Part shown: positions 12,241 to 22,854 of the stretch, piece after piece | Layout of the letters: each line of letters starts with the position of its first letter | Position numbering within the stretch: the first letter of the stretch is position 1 | Source of the DNA: Octopus bimaculoides | Taxonomy: Eukaryota | Length of the DNA stretch: 51,452 bases | Direction of reading: 5' to 3' | Assembly (NCBI RefSeq): GCF_001194135.2 | Contig: NC_068999.1 | Span: 30,552,351 to 30,603,802, forward strand | Translations under genes and position numbers: made by a program | The notes under the pieces: model-generated | Told to the model about the DNA's origin: nothing | The model's database searches: none | The model's input: the letters and a program-made list of their open reading frames with translations, nothing else

Positions 12241-12288
12241 GTCTTACAGCTGTTTCTGGGATATTTTATATATTCCTTCATTGGAGAC
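12241..12288 (-). ncRNA. Degenerate minimal type I hammerhead ribozyme (Penelope-like/retrozyme type)
   Basis: Minus strand GUCU-CCAAUGA-A-GGaAUAU-auaaa-AUAUCC-ca-GAAA-CAGCUG-UA-AGAC: 4-bp helix I, helix II, palindromic helix III (ACAGCUGU), GUA site. Core has two changes from CUGAUGA. Confidence 0.5.
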
Positions 12289-12845
12289 AGTGTGAGAAAA
12301 TGGTTAAGCAATAGTTATTCCAGATAATATATGAAATAGAGAGTGAAGTGGAAGAATGAAAATAGACGTGAGATATGCAGAGATATTGTATCTGCATTTC
12401 CATTATTTAGGCAGAATGGTATACATATAAGATTCCTGTACCTTTTGAATAAGTTCCAATAGTATTTACAATTCATCCTTCCAAGCACAGAGTTTGTAAA
12501 TGGTGTTATTGAATCGGTGGTTTTTTTGAAGTGACTTAAAAGTTGGAAATGTGTCTGTAAGGTCAAATCAAAAACAGGAAGGGAGGAAAAAAGAAAAGAA
12601 GAAAAAAAGAAAAAAGAAGAGCATGGAAAGAGATAATAAAGAAATAAAGAGAGGGAAATTGTACTGGTTAGTGGTCAGTCAGGATAAATTGATAAAGGAA
12701 TGGGGAGGTGAAGGTGATAGAGAGAGAAAGATATGAGAGGATAGAGAGTAAAGGAGTGTCAGGTATGTAGTGACAGAGCCTAAGTGAGGGGCAGAGAGAG
12801 GGGGTGGGGTAGTAAAATGGTGGAATGAAGAATTATATACAAGTT

Positions 12846-13191
12846 CCAGTGGCATGTAAAATGCATCATCCAAATGTGGTCTATGCGAGGTCTGTCTGAC
12901 TGGCTCTTGTGCCGGTGGCACGTAAGAGGCACCATCCAAACATGGCCAATGCCAGTACCCCATGACTGGCTCCCATGCCGGAAGCATGTAAAATGCACCA
13001 TCTGAATGTGATCAATGCCAGTTGCATCTCACTGGCTCCTGTGCTAGTGGCATTAGGAAGGGCATCCAGCTGTAGAAACATGCCAGATCAGATTGGAGGC
13101 TGTCCAGTCGCTGGCTCTCCAGACCTCAGTCAAACCATCCAACCCATGCCAGCATGGAAAGCAGACGTTAAATGATGATGATGATGATGAT
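12846..13191 (+). mobile_element. RTE 3' UTR (5'-truncated copy) with (GAT)n tail
   Basis: ggcattaggaagggcatccagctgtagaaac...ccaacccatgccagcatggaaagcagacgttaaatgatgatg, collinear with 26360-26700. Confidence 0.9.
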
Positions 13192-13204
13192 ATATATATA
13201 TATC

Positions 13205-13750
13205 ACTGTCACAGAGAGGGTCATAGCCAATCTAACTAAGGAGAGAGTTAATCTAGATGAGATGCAGTTTTATTTTGTACTATGGAGAAGCATTACTGAT
13301 GTTATATTTCTCGTAAGGCAGCTGTAGGAGAAATACCTAGCGAAAGATAAACTCTGTACTTGGCTTTTGTTGACATGGAGAAAGTGTTTGATAGGGACCC
13401 TGCTCCCTTATCTAGTGGTCAATGTGGAAACTAGGGTTAGACAACTAGTTGGTGAGAGCAAAACAAGCCATGTAAGGATGCTGTCGGTAAGGTGAGGGTT
13501 GGCAAGGAGTATAGTGATGAATTCAGGGTATAAGTAGAGGTTCACCAAGGATCAGTCCTCAGCGCCTTCTTGTTCATCATAGTCCTCCAGGAATTTAAGA
13601 TGGGCTGTCCTTAGGAGCCATAAAACACCATGCCAAATCAGATCGGAGTCTGGTGTAGCTCCCCAGTTTGCCAGCTCTGATCAAACTGTCCAACTCATGC
13701 CAGCATGGAAAATGGACGTTAAATGTTGACGATGATGATGATGATGATAT
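13205..13750 (+). mobile_element. Internally deleted RTE copy: RT fragment joined to the 3' end
   Basis: 13205-13615 aligns to RT region 24885-25265 (DEMQF, STTDAIFLVRQL, GVHQGSVL-like). It jumps at about 13620 to ccaactcatgccagcatggaaaatggacgttaaa and (GAT)n. Confidence 0.85.
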
Positions 13751-14110
13751 TCATCCATCCATCTTCTCTGCCTTGTGTTCCTCAGAGTGTTATGGGGTCA
13801 TGGGTGTAGAATTTTCAGGTACCTCCTCCATAAGGCTCTGACAGAAGTATCTGTCATTAGATTTTCTGGTTGGATTTCCAAGCATGACCAACTGGAAGTA
13901 TGGATATTATCCAACTATTTTATTCTTGGTCTATCTGTAAGTCTCCTGCTGGTTGGCTTGGCTTGAAGAATCCATCTTGAGATTCTTTCCTGTGATATTC
14001 TAACCACATGTCCATACTACTGGAGCTGTGACCTCAACGTGGAGAAGCAGTGGCTCGACCTGGAGGGACTCCCTGTTCTTTCAGTTATGTGCTCTGTTGA
14101 GTAACGTCAT
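13750..14110 (-). mobile_element. 3' end of a second RTE-group LINE
   Basis: QLQ*YGHVVRISQERISRWILQAKPTSRRLTDRPRIK*LDNI...ALWRRYLKILHP, followed by (GGAT)n. Confidence 0.75.
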
Positions 14111-14129
14111 ATATATTTATTATGTTAGT

Positions 14130-14560
14130 AATAACATCTAGAAGAAGGTGTTTCTTTTCCATCCACTAAAGTAAATGGAGCTTTGGCTGGGAGGAATTGA
14201 TGTCATCATATAGTATCCAACAATTGTTAAGTGTTTAGACCCTGAACCATAACATCCCTCCCATTGCTGGGTTAGTAGAAGTGGCCAAATCACTGCTCAT
14301 CAGCTCCTGGCTTCCATCTTAACTCTTCTCTCTTGCTCCAAACTAGCAAGAGGCTCTTTCTACTGCCTCTCCCATCCAGTACACTGCCACCCTTCGCTCA
14401 TTTCCTTTCATTCCATTGGCTGAATACATCCTCCATACCAATTGGGTACAAAATTCCCTATCGACAACCTCAACTTGGAAAAGGCATGACTGCCATCTCT
14501 TCTCCTTGTAATCCTGCAGAAAACTCTTGCATTTCAATCATAGTTCTGATTATACCCTTC
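14130..14560 (-). mobile_element. HERO-like (R2 superfamily, RLE) non-LTR retrotransposon 3' fragment
   Basis: KRWQSCLFQVEVVDREFCTQLVWRMYSANGMKGNERRVAVYWMGEAVERASC resembles the HERO C-terminus (W..WC.PVEVG.RGF...EAAERAS). A putative 3' UTR follows. Confidence 0.7.
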
Positions 14561-14590
14561 TTCCCACATGACTGTTAACTTGATCAAGAT

Positions 14591-15200
14591 TACAAGGCAA
14601 TATCAAAAAGTTCCTGGACTAGTTATGTTTAATAAAAAATAACCTATTTACCTAAGTTTTAACATCATCTTCTTTGTGATGGTCCCAGCATTCCTCCCAC
14701 TTTTGGAGTCTGGCCTGGAAGTCGTTTCCGAAAGTGAATCAAGGACCTTCTGTGATTTGCTCTAGATTTTCGACAACGGTATTAAAACAGCGACCTTTGA
14801 ACTGGCGAATAGGACAAATGCAGAAGCAATGCCAAGTTGCTTTTGGTGAGGAACTCACAAATGAAGAGAACTCTGTGAGAGGGTGCATTATTGTCATGAA
14901 GAATCCAATTCTTTGTGCTCCACAAATCTGGGCCCTTTCACCAGATGTCCTCCTGTAGATACTTTAAAATATCGCAGTAGAACTCTTGATTGGTGATCTA
15001 CCCCTGGGGGATGAATTCTTGATGCACAATTCCGTGGATGTTGGAAACAATCGCGAGCATACTCTTGATTGAGCTGCAGCTCTGTTGTGCCTTTTTCGGT
15101 TGTGGAGAGGAAGGGCTTTTCCACTGTGATGACTTCAGCTTCATCTCAGGGTCATACCCAAAGCATGCTCAATGCCTCAGTAGCAGACTTCCTAAATGTA
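14591..15200 (-). mobile_element. Mariner (Tc1/mariner DD34D), 5'-truncated, internally deleted
   Basis: TA + CAAGGCAATATCAAAAAGTTCCTGGACT TIR at 14591; ILHDNNAP motif; homologous to 18726-19885. Confidence 0.9.
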
Positions 15201-15719
15201 AAATTTCTGTAACAGAATAAACTTAATGACATCAAACTTCCAGTAGAATTTTGGTGCCTGATTTCTTGGCAAATCTCTTCTAATACACAGCTCCTTTTAA
15301 TTAGACAGACTAAAGGAGACTGCATATTAAAGTGGTTTCCCAAGATGTTGATCTAATAAACAATGATGAAATACTGAGATTCCTGTGAGGAGAATTTTAA
15401 CACTAAAATTCACTTTATTTATCAAACTTACAATTGTATTTTTCAAGCTGACTTTAACACTACTAATGGCTCTAAGAGATGATCAAATGTAAATACAAGA
15501 TTTCTTGAGGTATAAGAATTTCTTTCCATTACTCCATGCCGTATATCACATCAGTTCATTCATAGTTATTATATACTATGGAGACTTACTGTAGTTTGTG
15601 TTGTATCCTTCATTTGTGGGAGACAAGGGGCACTGTAAGTAGTCCTTATGACCTTATACAGTATACTTGATTCTGAGAGAGATATATAGAGAGAAGGAGA
15701 GGCAGAGAGAGAAAAAGGA

Positions 15720-15830
15720 ATGAACTCCAGTACATGATGACTTACTTTATTTATCAATCCTAGAGGAATGAAGGGTAAAATTCACCTTGGATCATAGAGA
15801 ACAGAACATTGACCACAAGGCATTTTCCAC
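15720..15830 (-). mobile_element. SINE fragment (family of 45060-45238)
   Basis: Reverse complement ccaaggtgaattttacccttcattcctctaggattgataaataaagt matches ccaaggtcgactttgtctttcatccttttgggatcaataaaataagt at 45110-45156. Confidence 0.6.
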
Positions 15831-17932
15831 AATAAAACTCTTTTTATAGAAAGTTATTTTTATACAGGAATTAATGTAATAATATCTATTTCACAAGGTT
15901 GAATTAATTCAGAAAATACAAGGGTCCCTTAATCACAGTAAATGGAATCAACCGTGGAGATTAGCATGTTTGAAATAAAACCACTGATGTGTGTGTGTGC
16001 ACGCGTGTGTATGCATGTATGTGTGTCTGTATGGTTGTGAAAGAGAGAGAGAGAGAGAGAAAGAGAGGGAGAGAGAAAGAGAAGTGGTAGAGGTAAGAAA
16101 ACAGAAACAGTGAGTGATTATGATATAAATCCACTGATGATAGAAGGGCAGCTACCCATAAACCAATAGTCAGTTAGGTGTGAAATTAATAAAGGGATAA
16201 TTTAATTTAGTTAACGACAATAAACTATATCCATGACTTGTGCAGAATCTGAAAAAAATAGAAGGGGAGGGAGTTTAGATTTAGGACTACTAGGTTTTGA
16301 AGATGGTAGATATTTATAATGTGAAGTTTTCATTGGAAATAGATGGAGATGCAAGCTGATTGTTGTCAGAGCAGAGCAGTATTTAAACTGTAGTAAAGAG
16401 ATGACCCAAACAACTACTGAATATATTACATAGAAATATTGATAAATAGCTCATGATACAATATATAGCATCTATTTGATTAATGCATACAATCTAAGTA
16501 CTGTCAATATATATTGATTACCTAATGAAGTGTGTAATGGGAATCTGATGAGAGAATCAGGGAATTACAGGCATCTAATGGTCTCTGTAAGGAATGAAAC
16601 TGGAATGATATGATATGAAGGAAGAAGGGAGAAGTGTAACAGCAACTATTGGAAGAAAGAGAAAATTTAACAACAACTATTAGTGAATTGAGATGACAAC
16701 TAAGATTGATGATATCTATTGACTTTACACAAGTTCAGTTTTGGTGTGGAACTATTCTGGAATAGTAATTTTCCTACTAAACTAGATGGTGAAGATGGAA
16801 CTTGTTTTGGGCCATTTTGGCTGACTAAGGTATGAAATCTATTTGTTATCAGGCAAATCTGTGTAGAACTGTTGTATGGTTAGCGGTATTTCAAGACTCA
16901 AAGGAAAAGGGATTTTCTGCATCCTTGGACATGATGACAGTGTTTTTCATAAGGAAATGACGATGGAAGCTGCAGTAGCAAATAAAAGGACACACAGATA
17001 AAATAAATAATCATATAAAAAAAAAAAAGAAAATACCACAGTATGATAATTTTACACAGTAAACAGTATGGAATATTTTACATTGTAAAGTAATATTATT
17101 TGTCAGCTAGGATTGAAACAACTTTTTACTTTTCTAAACTCTTAAACAGAGCCAACATTTATAGTACCAATACCAACATCTTAGAACTGGCCATTAATTA
17201 CTAACTGACCTTAGAAACTTATTTTGATGCTGGTCAACCAGGCAACAATAGGATCTCTCAATCATTTACCATTTATAACCTCAAGTGGTTGTGGAATTGG
17301 CTGAAGAATTCTTTGTAAATATCACTGGAGACATACAAGCTAATCAAGTGTAACAACTAAAGAATTCACACACGCTTCAAATCAAAGTCTTGTATCAGCG
17401 AAGAAATGGAGAAATCCAAGTGATATGAAGTCTAACTGTAAAAGAAAAAAAAATGTAGATTCTAAAAGTTAAAGATGCTGGAGATACAAGGGGAAGAGGG
17501 AGCTGCATCTTACTTTTGTCATATTTTGACATTTTCTAACAAAGAAGAAATGGAAAATACTTTAGAGAATGAAAATATATTTCTCAGCAAATTTAGTATT
17601 GCCTTGTGTAAAACCCCACCAGAATATCCCCAATATTAAATATGTCTTATATGCAGTAATATTCATCATTATCACAGATTATTCTTCACATTTTAGACTG
17701 TTAGTGAATTAATGTTATCAGTTTTTTTTTTACTTCATATTAGCATCTATTTGTAAAAAAACGTATAGGAAATCTGTATCTTATAAATCACTATGGTGAT
17801 AAACAGATCCTAACAATATTTTACATCATTGAGGTACTTTATTGATATAAAAAGATGGAAATATTTTCTATGTGGTTTTGCTAAAGACATTTAACAATAC
17901 AACAGTTTAAATCTCCATTTATTGTGAAGTTT

Positions 17933-18308
17933 GGACATAGCTGTGTAAGAAGTTTCCTTCTCAACCACATGGTTTCAGGTTTAGTCCTATTGCATGACAC
18001 CTTGGGCAAGTGTCTTCTATTATGGCCTCAGACCAACCAAAGCCTTGTGAGTAGATTTGGTAGATGGAAACTGAATGAAACCTGTTGTGTGTGCGTGCAT
18101 GTGTGTGTGTGTTTGGGTCTGTGTTTGTCCCCCATCACTGCTTGACAACTGGTGTTGGTGTGTTTACACCCCCACAATTTGGTAGTTTGACAAAAGAGAC
18201 CAACAGAATATATACCAGCTTTAAAAGAAAGTAAGTACGGGAATTAAGTCATTTGACTAAACTTCTTCATGGCTGCAGTCTAATGACCGAAACAAGTAAA
18301 AGAGAAAA
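17933..18308 (+). mobile_element. Full-length tRNA-derived SINE family A with central (GT)n
   Basis: Head, accttgggcaagtgtc, ccaaccaaagccttgtgagtagatttggtagatggaaactga, GT tract, 3' gaccgaaacaagtaaaaga. Confidence 0.85.
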
Positions 18309-18725
18309 ATAACTGTTTTACACAGATTTGTATTTGGACTGAACATACAAGCATTTATTGGATTAAAAATTACTGCTTTCCTTTACATTGTGTCAGTGCA
18401 TGTGTGTGTGGGTGGGTGGGGGTGTTATGTAAGCAGTAACAGTTTGTGAGTTCAGTCATCATTATGATCTGTTTTACTCTAAAATACAAAACTGATGCTG
18501 TTTGTAATCTAGATGTTTTCTATCAGTTCAAACCATAACGTTACTCTGCATCTCCATAAACATAATACATTTTCATTATTAAAGCACTTAAATCATAAAA
18601 GTACTCTACATTTTGATCATAAATACACTACACATCATAATATACTTCACATCACCATCATAAATGTACTATGGATCATAACATAACTGTACATCTCCAT
18701 CATAAATACAGTCTAAAAGCTAGAC

Positions 18726-19885
18726 TACAAGGTGATATAGAAAGTTCCCAGACTAGATATGTAGCATGCCAACAAAATGCAGCACACAGTTGCGTGCGCA
18801 GTGGGAGTTGGCAGTGACCTTCATGAGGCAGTGTGCAAGTGACATTGCTGTGTTTACTTCGCAAGTTGTGAAATTTGTGTTTTTGTGATCACATGTATAC
18901 TATAGTTTGCAATTTTGTCATGGAGAGGAGGTTGGAACAAAGAGCCAACGTGAAATTAGGTGTTAAACTTAGGAAGTCTACTACAAAGACATTGAGCATG
19001 CTTTGGCAAGCTTACAGTGATGAGGCAATGGATCATATGCAATATTTTGAGTGGCAGTGGCACTTCAAAAGTGGAAGAACACTCCTGGAAGACAATGAGT
19101 GATCTGGAAAACCTGCCATGAGTGTTACCCTTGGAAATGTCAAGAAAATTGAACAGCTTGAGCATGAGGATCATTGGAGGACAATCAACAACATTGCTGA
19201 TGTTGTTGGTCTGTTCCATGGGTCTGTGCAAGCAATTCTAACATCTGAGTTGAACATGTGGTGTGTCTCTGCCAAGTTTGTCCCCTGCCTGCTGACCACT
19301 GAGCAGAAAGAACATTGTGTCAAAATCTTTCAAGATCTCTGTCAGCGTGCTACTGATGACCTATCCTTAATGTTGTGGATCATCACCAGTGATGAGAGTT
19401 GAGTCTATGGGTACAATCCTGAGATGATGTAGTAGTTGTTAAAATGGAAAAGCCCTTCATCTCCATGACTGATGACGGCATGACAGGGCTGCAGATCAAT
19501 CAGGAGTATGCTCATCATTTTTTTCAACATCCACAGTATTACACATCGATAATTCATCCCCCAGGGCCAGACCATGAATTGAGAGTTCTACTGAGACGTT
19601 TTGAAATGTTGGAGGGAGGACATTTGGCAAAAGCGACTAGATCTGTGGAGAGTAAAGAATTGGATTCTCCATGATGGCAATGCACCCTGTCACTGAGTTC
19701 TCCTCACTTCTAAGTTTCTCACCAAAAACAACATGGTATTGCTTTTGCACCTGCGATATTCGCCAGATTTAGCACTATGGACTTCCATCTCTTTCCCAAG
19801 ATGAAAATGCAGCTCAAAGGTTGCCATTTTAATACCACTGTCAAGATCTAGAGTGAATTGCAGAAAGTCCTTGACTCGCTTATGC
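18726..19885 (+). mobile_element. Mariner transposon, 3'-truncated, decayed transposase
   Basis: TA + CAAGGTGATATAGAAAGTTCCCAGACT TIR; QRANVKLGVKL, WCVSAKFVP, ITSDES, ILHDGNAP, YSPDLA..DFHLFPKMK. Confidence 0.93.
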
Positions 19886-22225
19886 ATTGAATATCATGCA
19901 CTCATAATAATTTTCTTTAATTAAATCACCGCTGTGAACTGCAACAACCACCTAGACTCTTCTCTAACCATTACCTGCTATACAATATAGTCACCACTCA
20001 CTGTATTCTGTAACAACAACTACCACCATTTTCACCATCACAATCACCACTTCTACCACCTAGACTACACTGTAATGACCTGCTACTATATTCCATAGCC
20101 ATGATTCACTGTGTACTGTAACAATCATCACCACTACTGATACAGTGTACTGTACTATAGCCATTCACTATATGATTTGGCTATGACATATGTGTTATAA
20201 GAACCACTACCACACACATTATACTTTAGCCATCACTCGATACACTTAACTCTATATACTGCAGCTACAACCAACCATTAACTGCAATCACTTGTTTACC
20301 CAGCTATCATCATCCATTACCATCACAGCAGCCTCTTATATTGTTTAGTTGGAGTATAGGTGATCATTATTGTGCACCTAACATATACTCCCCTTTTTTC
20401 AACATCTACACACACACACACACGTGTGAGTGTGTGTATGCTTTGTACCATGACACCATAGACCAGTGAACAGATTTAATCATTCTTCTATTGATGGCAA
20501 GAGACATTTCAGTGAAGTCAAAAGACAAGAGTAGAGCAAGAAAACCCATTATGTTCTTAATGACAGTTAAGCACTAAGTAATTCACAAAGTTAAAATATT
20601 ACCTGCTAAGGAATTAATACCATAATCAGATTGCTTTCTAGAGTTGCAGTGCCAAAAGTATGCTGTTTTATTATTAAATATGTCAGGATTAACTTTACTG
20701 GTTCCATCCCATCTTCTCTCAATATATTTATGTCTATAACCCCAATTTCTCACTAAATAGTTTTTAGAGAATAGTGTAATGAAACAATCCTATTAGCATC
20801 ACCATTAAGAGACAATGTCACAGTAGGATGGGCAGTATCACAGTGGGATATTTCACATCAGGAGATTTCATTCCTGGAGTAGACGTCTAATGTTCAACTA
20901 CTTTGAAATTAAAACAACAATCTTATTGATTGTACACAGTCATTCAACTTGCTCAAAATTGCAGCCAAATCTTGCTCAGATTGCCTAACTTACTCTCTTA
21001 AAAAAATGGAAGAACATATTGAATTGACTGAAACTGTAAAAAAATAATGATGAGATGATCATGGCTAGAATACCTCTAATTACATTTGTCCAATTACATG
21101 TTTGTCTGACCTCGGGTTTAACAACAATAACAATAACATAATCAACAACCATAAGATAGTAACAATAGTAATCCAGTAAACACACAAACATTAAAACTGA
21201 ACATATATGACTCTGATATTTGAATGATATATCTAGAGATATGACATCCAGTTACCATATATCACAACTAAATATGTTCTGTATTATATATGACAACTAA
21301 ATATGGAGAAAAATCTACATTATAAATGATCTTCATATACATGGTCTAAAGATATTATATGATATATCATTACTAAGTATGATATATTACAAGTAGATAT
21401 GGTATACCTACATATGTATGTATACATACATATTAGCATGTGCTGATATGTATAAATATATGTATAAAAATATATGTGAATGCATATATGGCAACAAGGC
21501 AGTTTATATAAATACATGAAACTGCTGCCAGACACCCGAGCTCAGTTATGTGTAGTGGATTGAAGACTGGCTGCATAATGGGACAGCATATACCCTTTGT
21601 CTGTTTGCCTCCAATAAGACCATCTTAATTGTTCATGACTGTATTTAATGACACCTCCTTAACAGTGTGAGTGTGTGTGTCTGTGTCCATGAGATCATGG
21701 GAGTGTGTGTATGTGTGTCTATATATATGTGGTTATGTCTTCACATGTATACTTATCTTACTTCATTTTATATTTTGTTATTTACTCTCTGTTGTTTATT
21801 CACTATTAACCATATGTAGACCAATTAACTGTTTATAACCATGAAACTGTATCCATACCCTATCATTATAGTCAACAACCTACTGGCAATAACAACATAC
21901 TCTATAATTGAACCAAGTGAAACCGAGTCTATTGAGGCACCTGAAGAGATATTTGCACTGAAGGATGCACTACAACCAGTTATAAAGAATCCCATACTCA
22001 AGGAAGTGATGCAAGATGGGTCGAAACAATTGTTGTGATGAATAAAGATTCTCATGGATTCAATTTTCTGTTTCTCTAATTTATTATATACTCAATGAAC
22101 ACTGAGGAATTCCTGAGGTAGATCCAGTGACATTTATATCTAAACTGTGGATGACACCAGGTAGCCATAGACAGAGAAAGAGTTTTAATTGGTATACTAC
22201 CAGGTGTATACCTGAAGTTTTAATA

Positions 22226-22286
<61 letters not shown>

Positions 22287-22469
22287 GCAAGTAGACAAGC
22301 ACATCAAACATATACATCCCCTCATCAGCTGCCTAATTGATATCATTGTAGTTTTGGCATCTGAAAAGCTCAATTCAATCTAGGTCCAATTATTTTGTCA
22401 ATTGAGTGTTCCTTTACAATACAAACTGATCATGTAGTATAACAACTATAACATCCTCTATTTGTCAGT

Positions 22470-22640
22470 ATTTTCTCAGGTCTTCCTGGGTAACCCTCTG
22501 AGCAGTGTTCGAGTTTGTCCCCATCTTCATGAGATACTTCGTCATCTGCTGTGACCAAGTGGAATGTGGCTGACCAACACAAGCTGTCACCCCAGCCAGA
22601 TCCTCAGAGAAGAGACGTGATATGCAGCATCCACCTCAGA
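22470..22640 (-). mobile_element. Possible old RTE-group LINE C-terminal fragment
   Basis: RLFSEDLAGVTACVGQPHSTWSQQMTKYLMKMG resembles GRP..TW..Q-type C-termini. Confidence 0.35.
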
Positions 22641-22820
22641 AAATCAAGTAATATGACCAAAAACAAAAATGCTGCAGATAATTAATAGACAAAAAACTGG
22701 GACCAAGCTTAAGTGCAGTATGTTCATTATGTTGACACCTGCTTATAGTTACAAAACACATATGCGAGCACCAAATCTCAAAACAAATCACATACCTTTA
22801 GCTACCTAGTATAGAAATTA

Positions 22821-22851
<31 letters not shown>

Positions 22852-22854
22852 CAC

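Noticed and set aside
16733-16828. Possible exon FSFGVELFWNSNFPTKLDGEDGTCFGPFWLTK with AAG|GTATGA donor
   Set aside because: Weak acceptor, no recognised homology; may be a decayed LINE C-terminus (LWNSLP-like).
14591-18755. Composite transposon bounded by two mariner TIRs
   Set aside because: Both TIRs read in the same direction on the plus strand, so they cannot form a transposable pair.
18530-20340. CAC/CAT-rich tracts flanking the plus-strand mariner
   Set aside because: Degenerate low-complexity DNA split by the insertion; no ORF or defined unit.
21909-21944. Four in-frame TGA codons within 12 codons, suggesting a selenocysteine-rich peptide
   Set aside because: They arise from NNT|GAR junctions of the Glu-rich overlapping frame (IEPSETESIEAPEE); no SECIS recognised.
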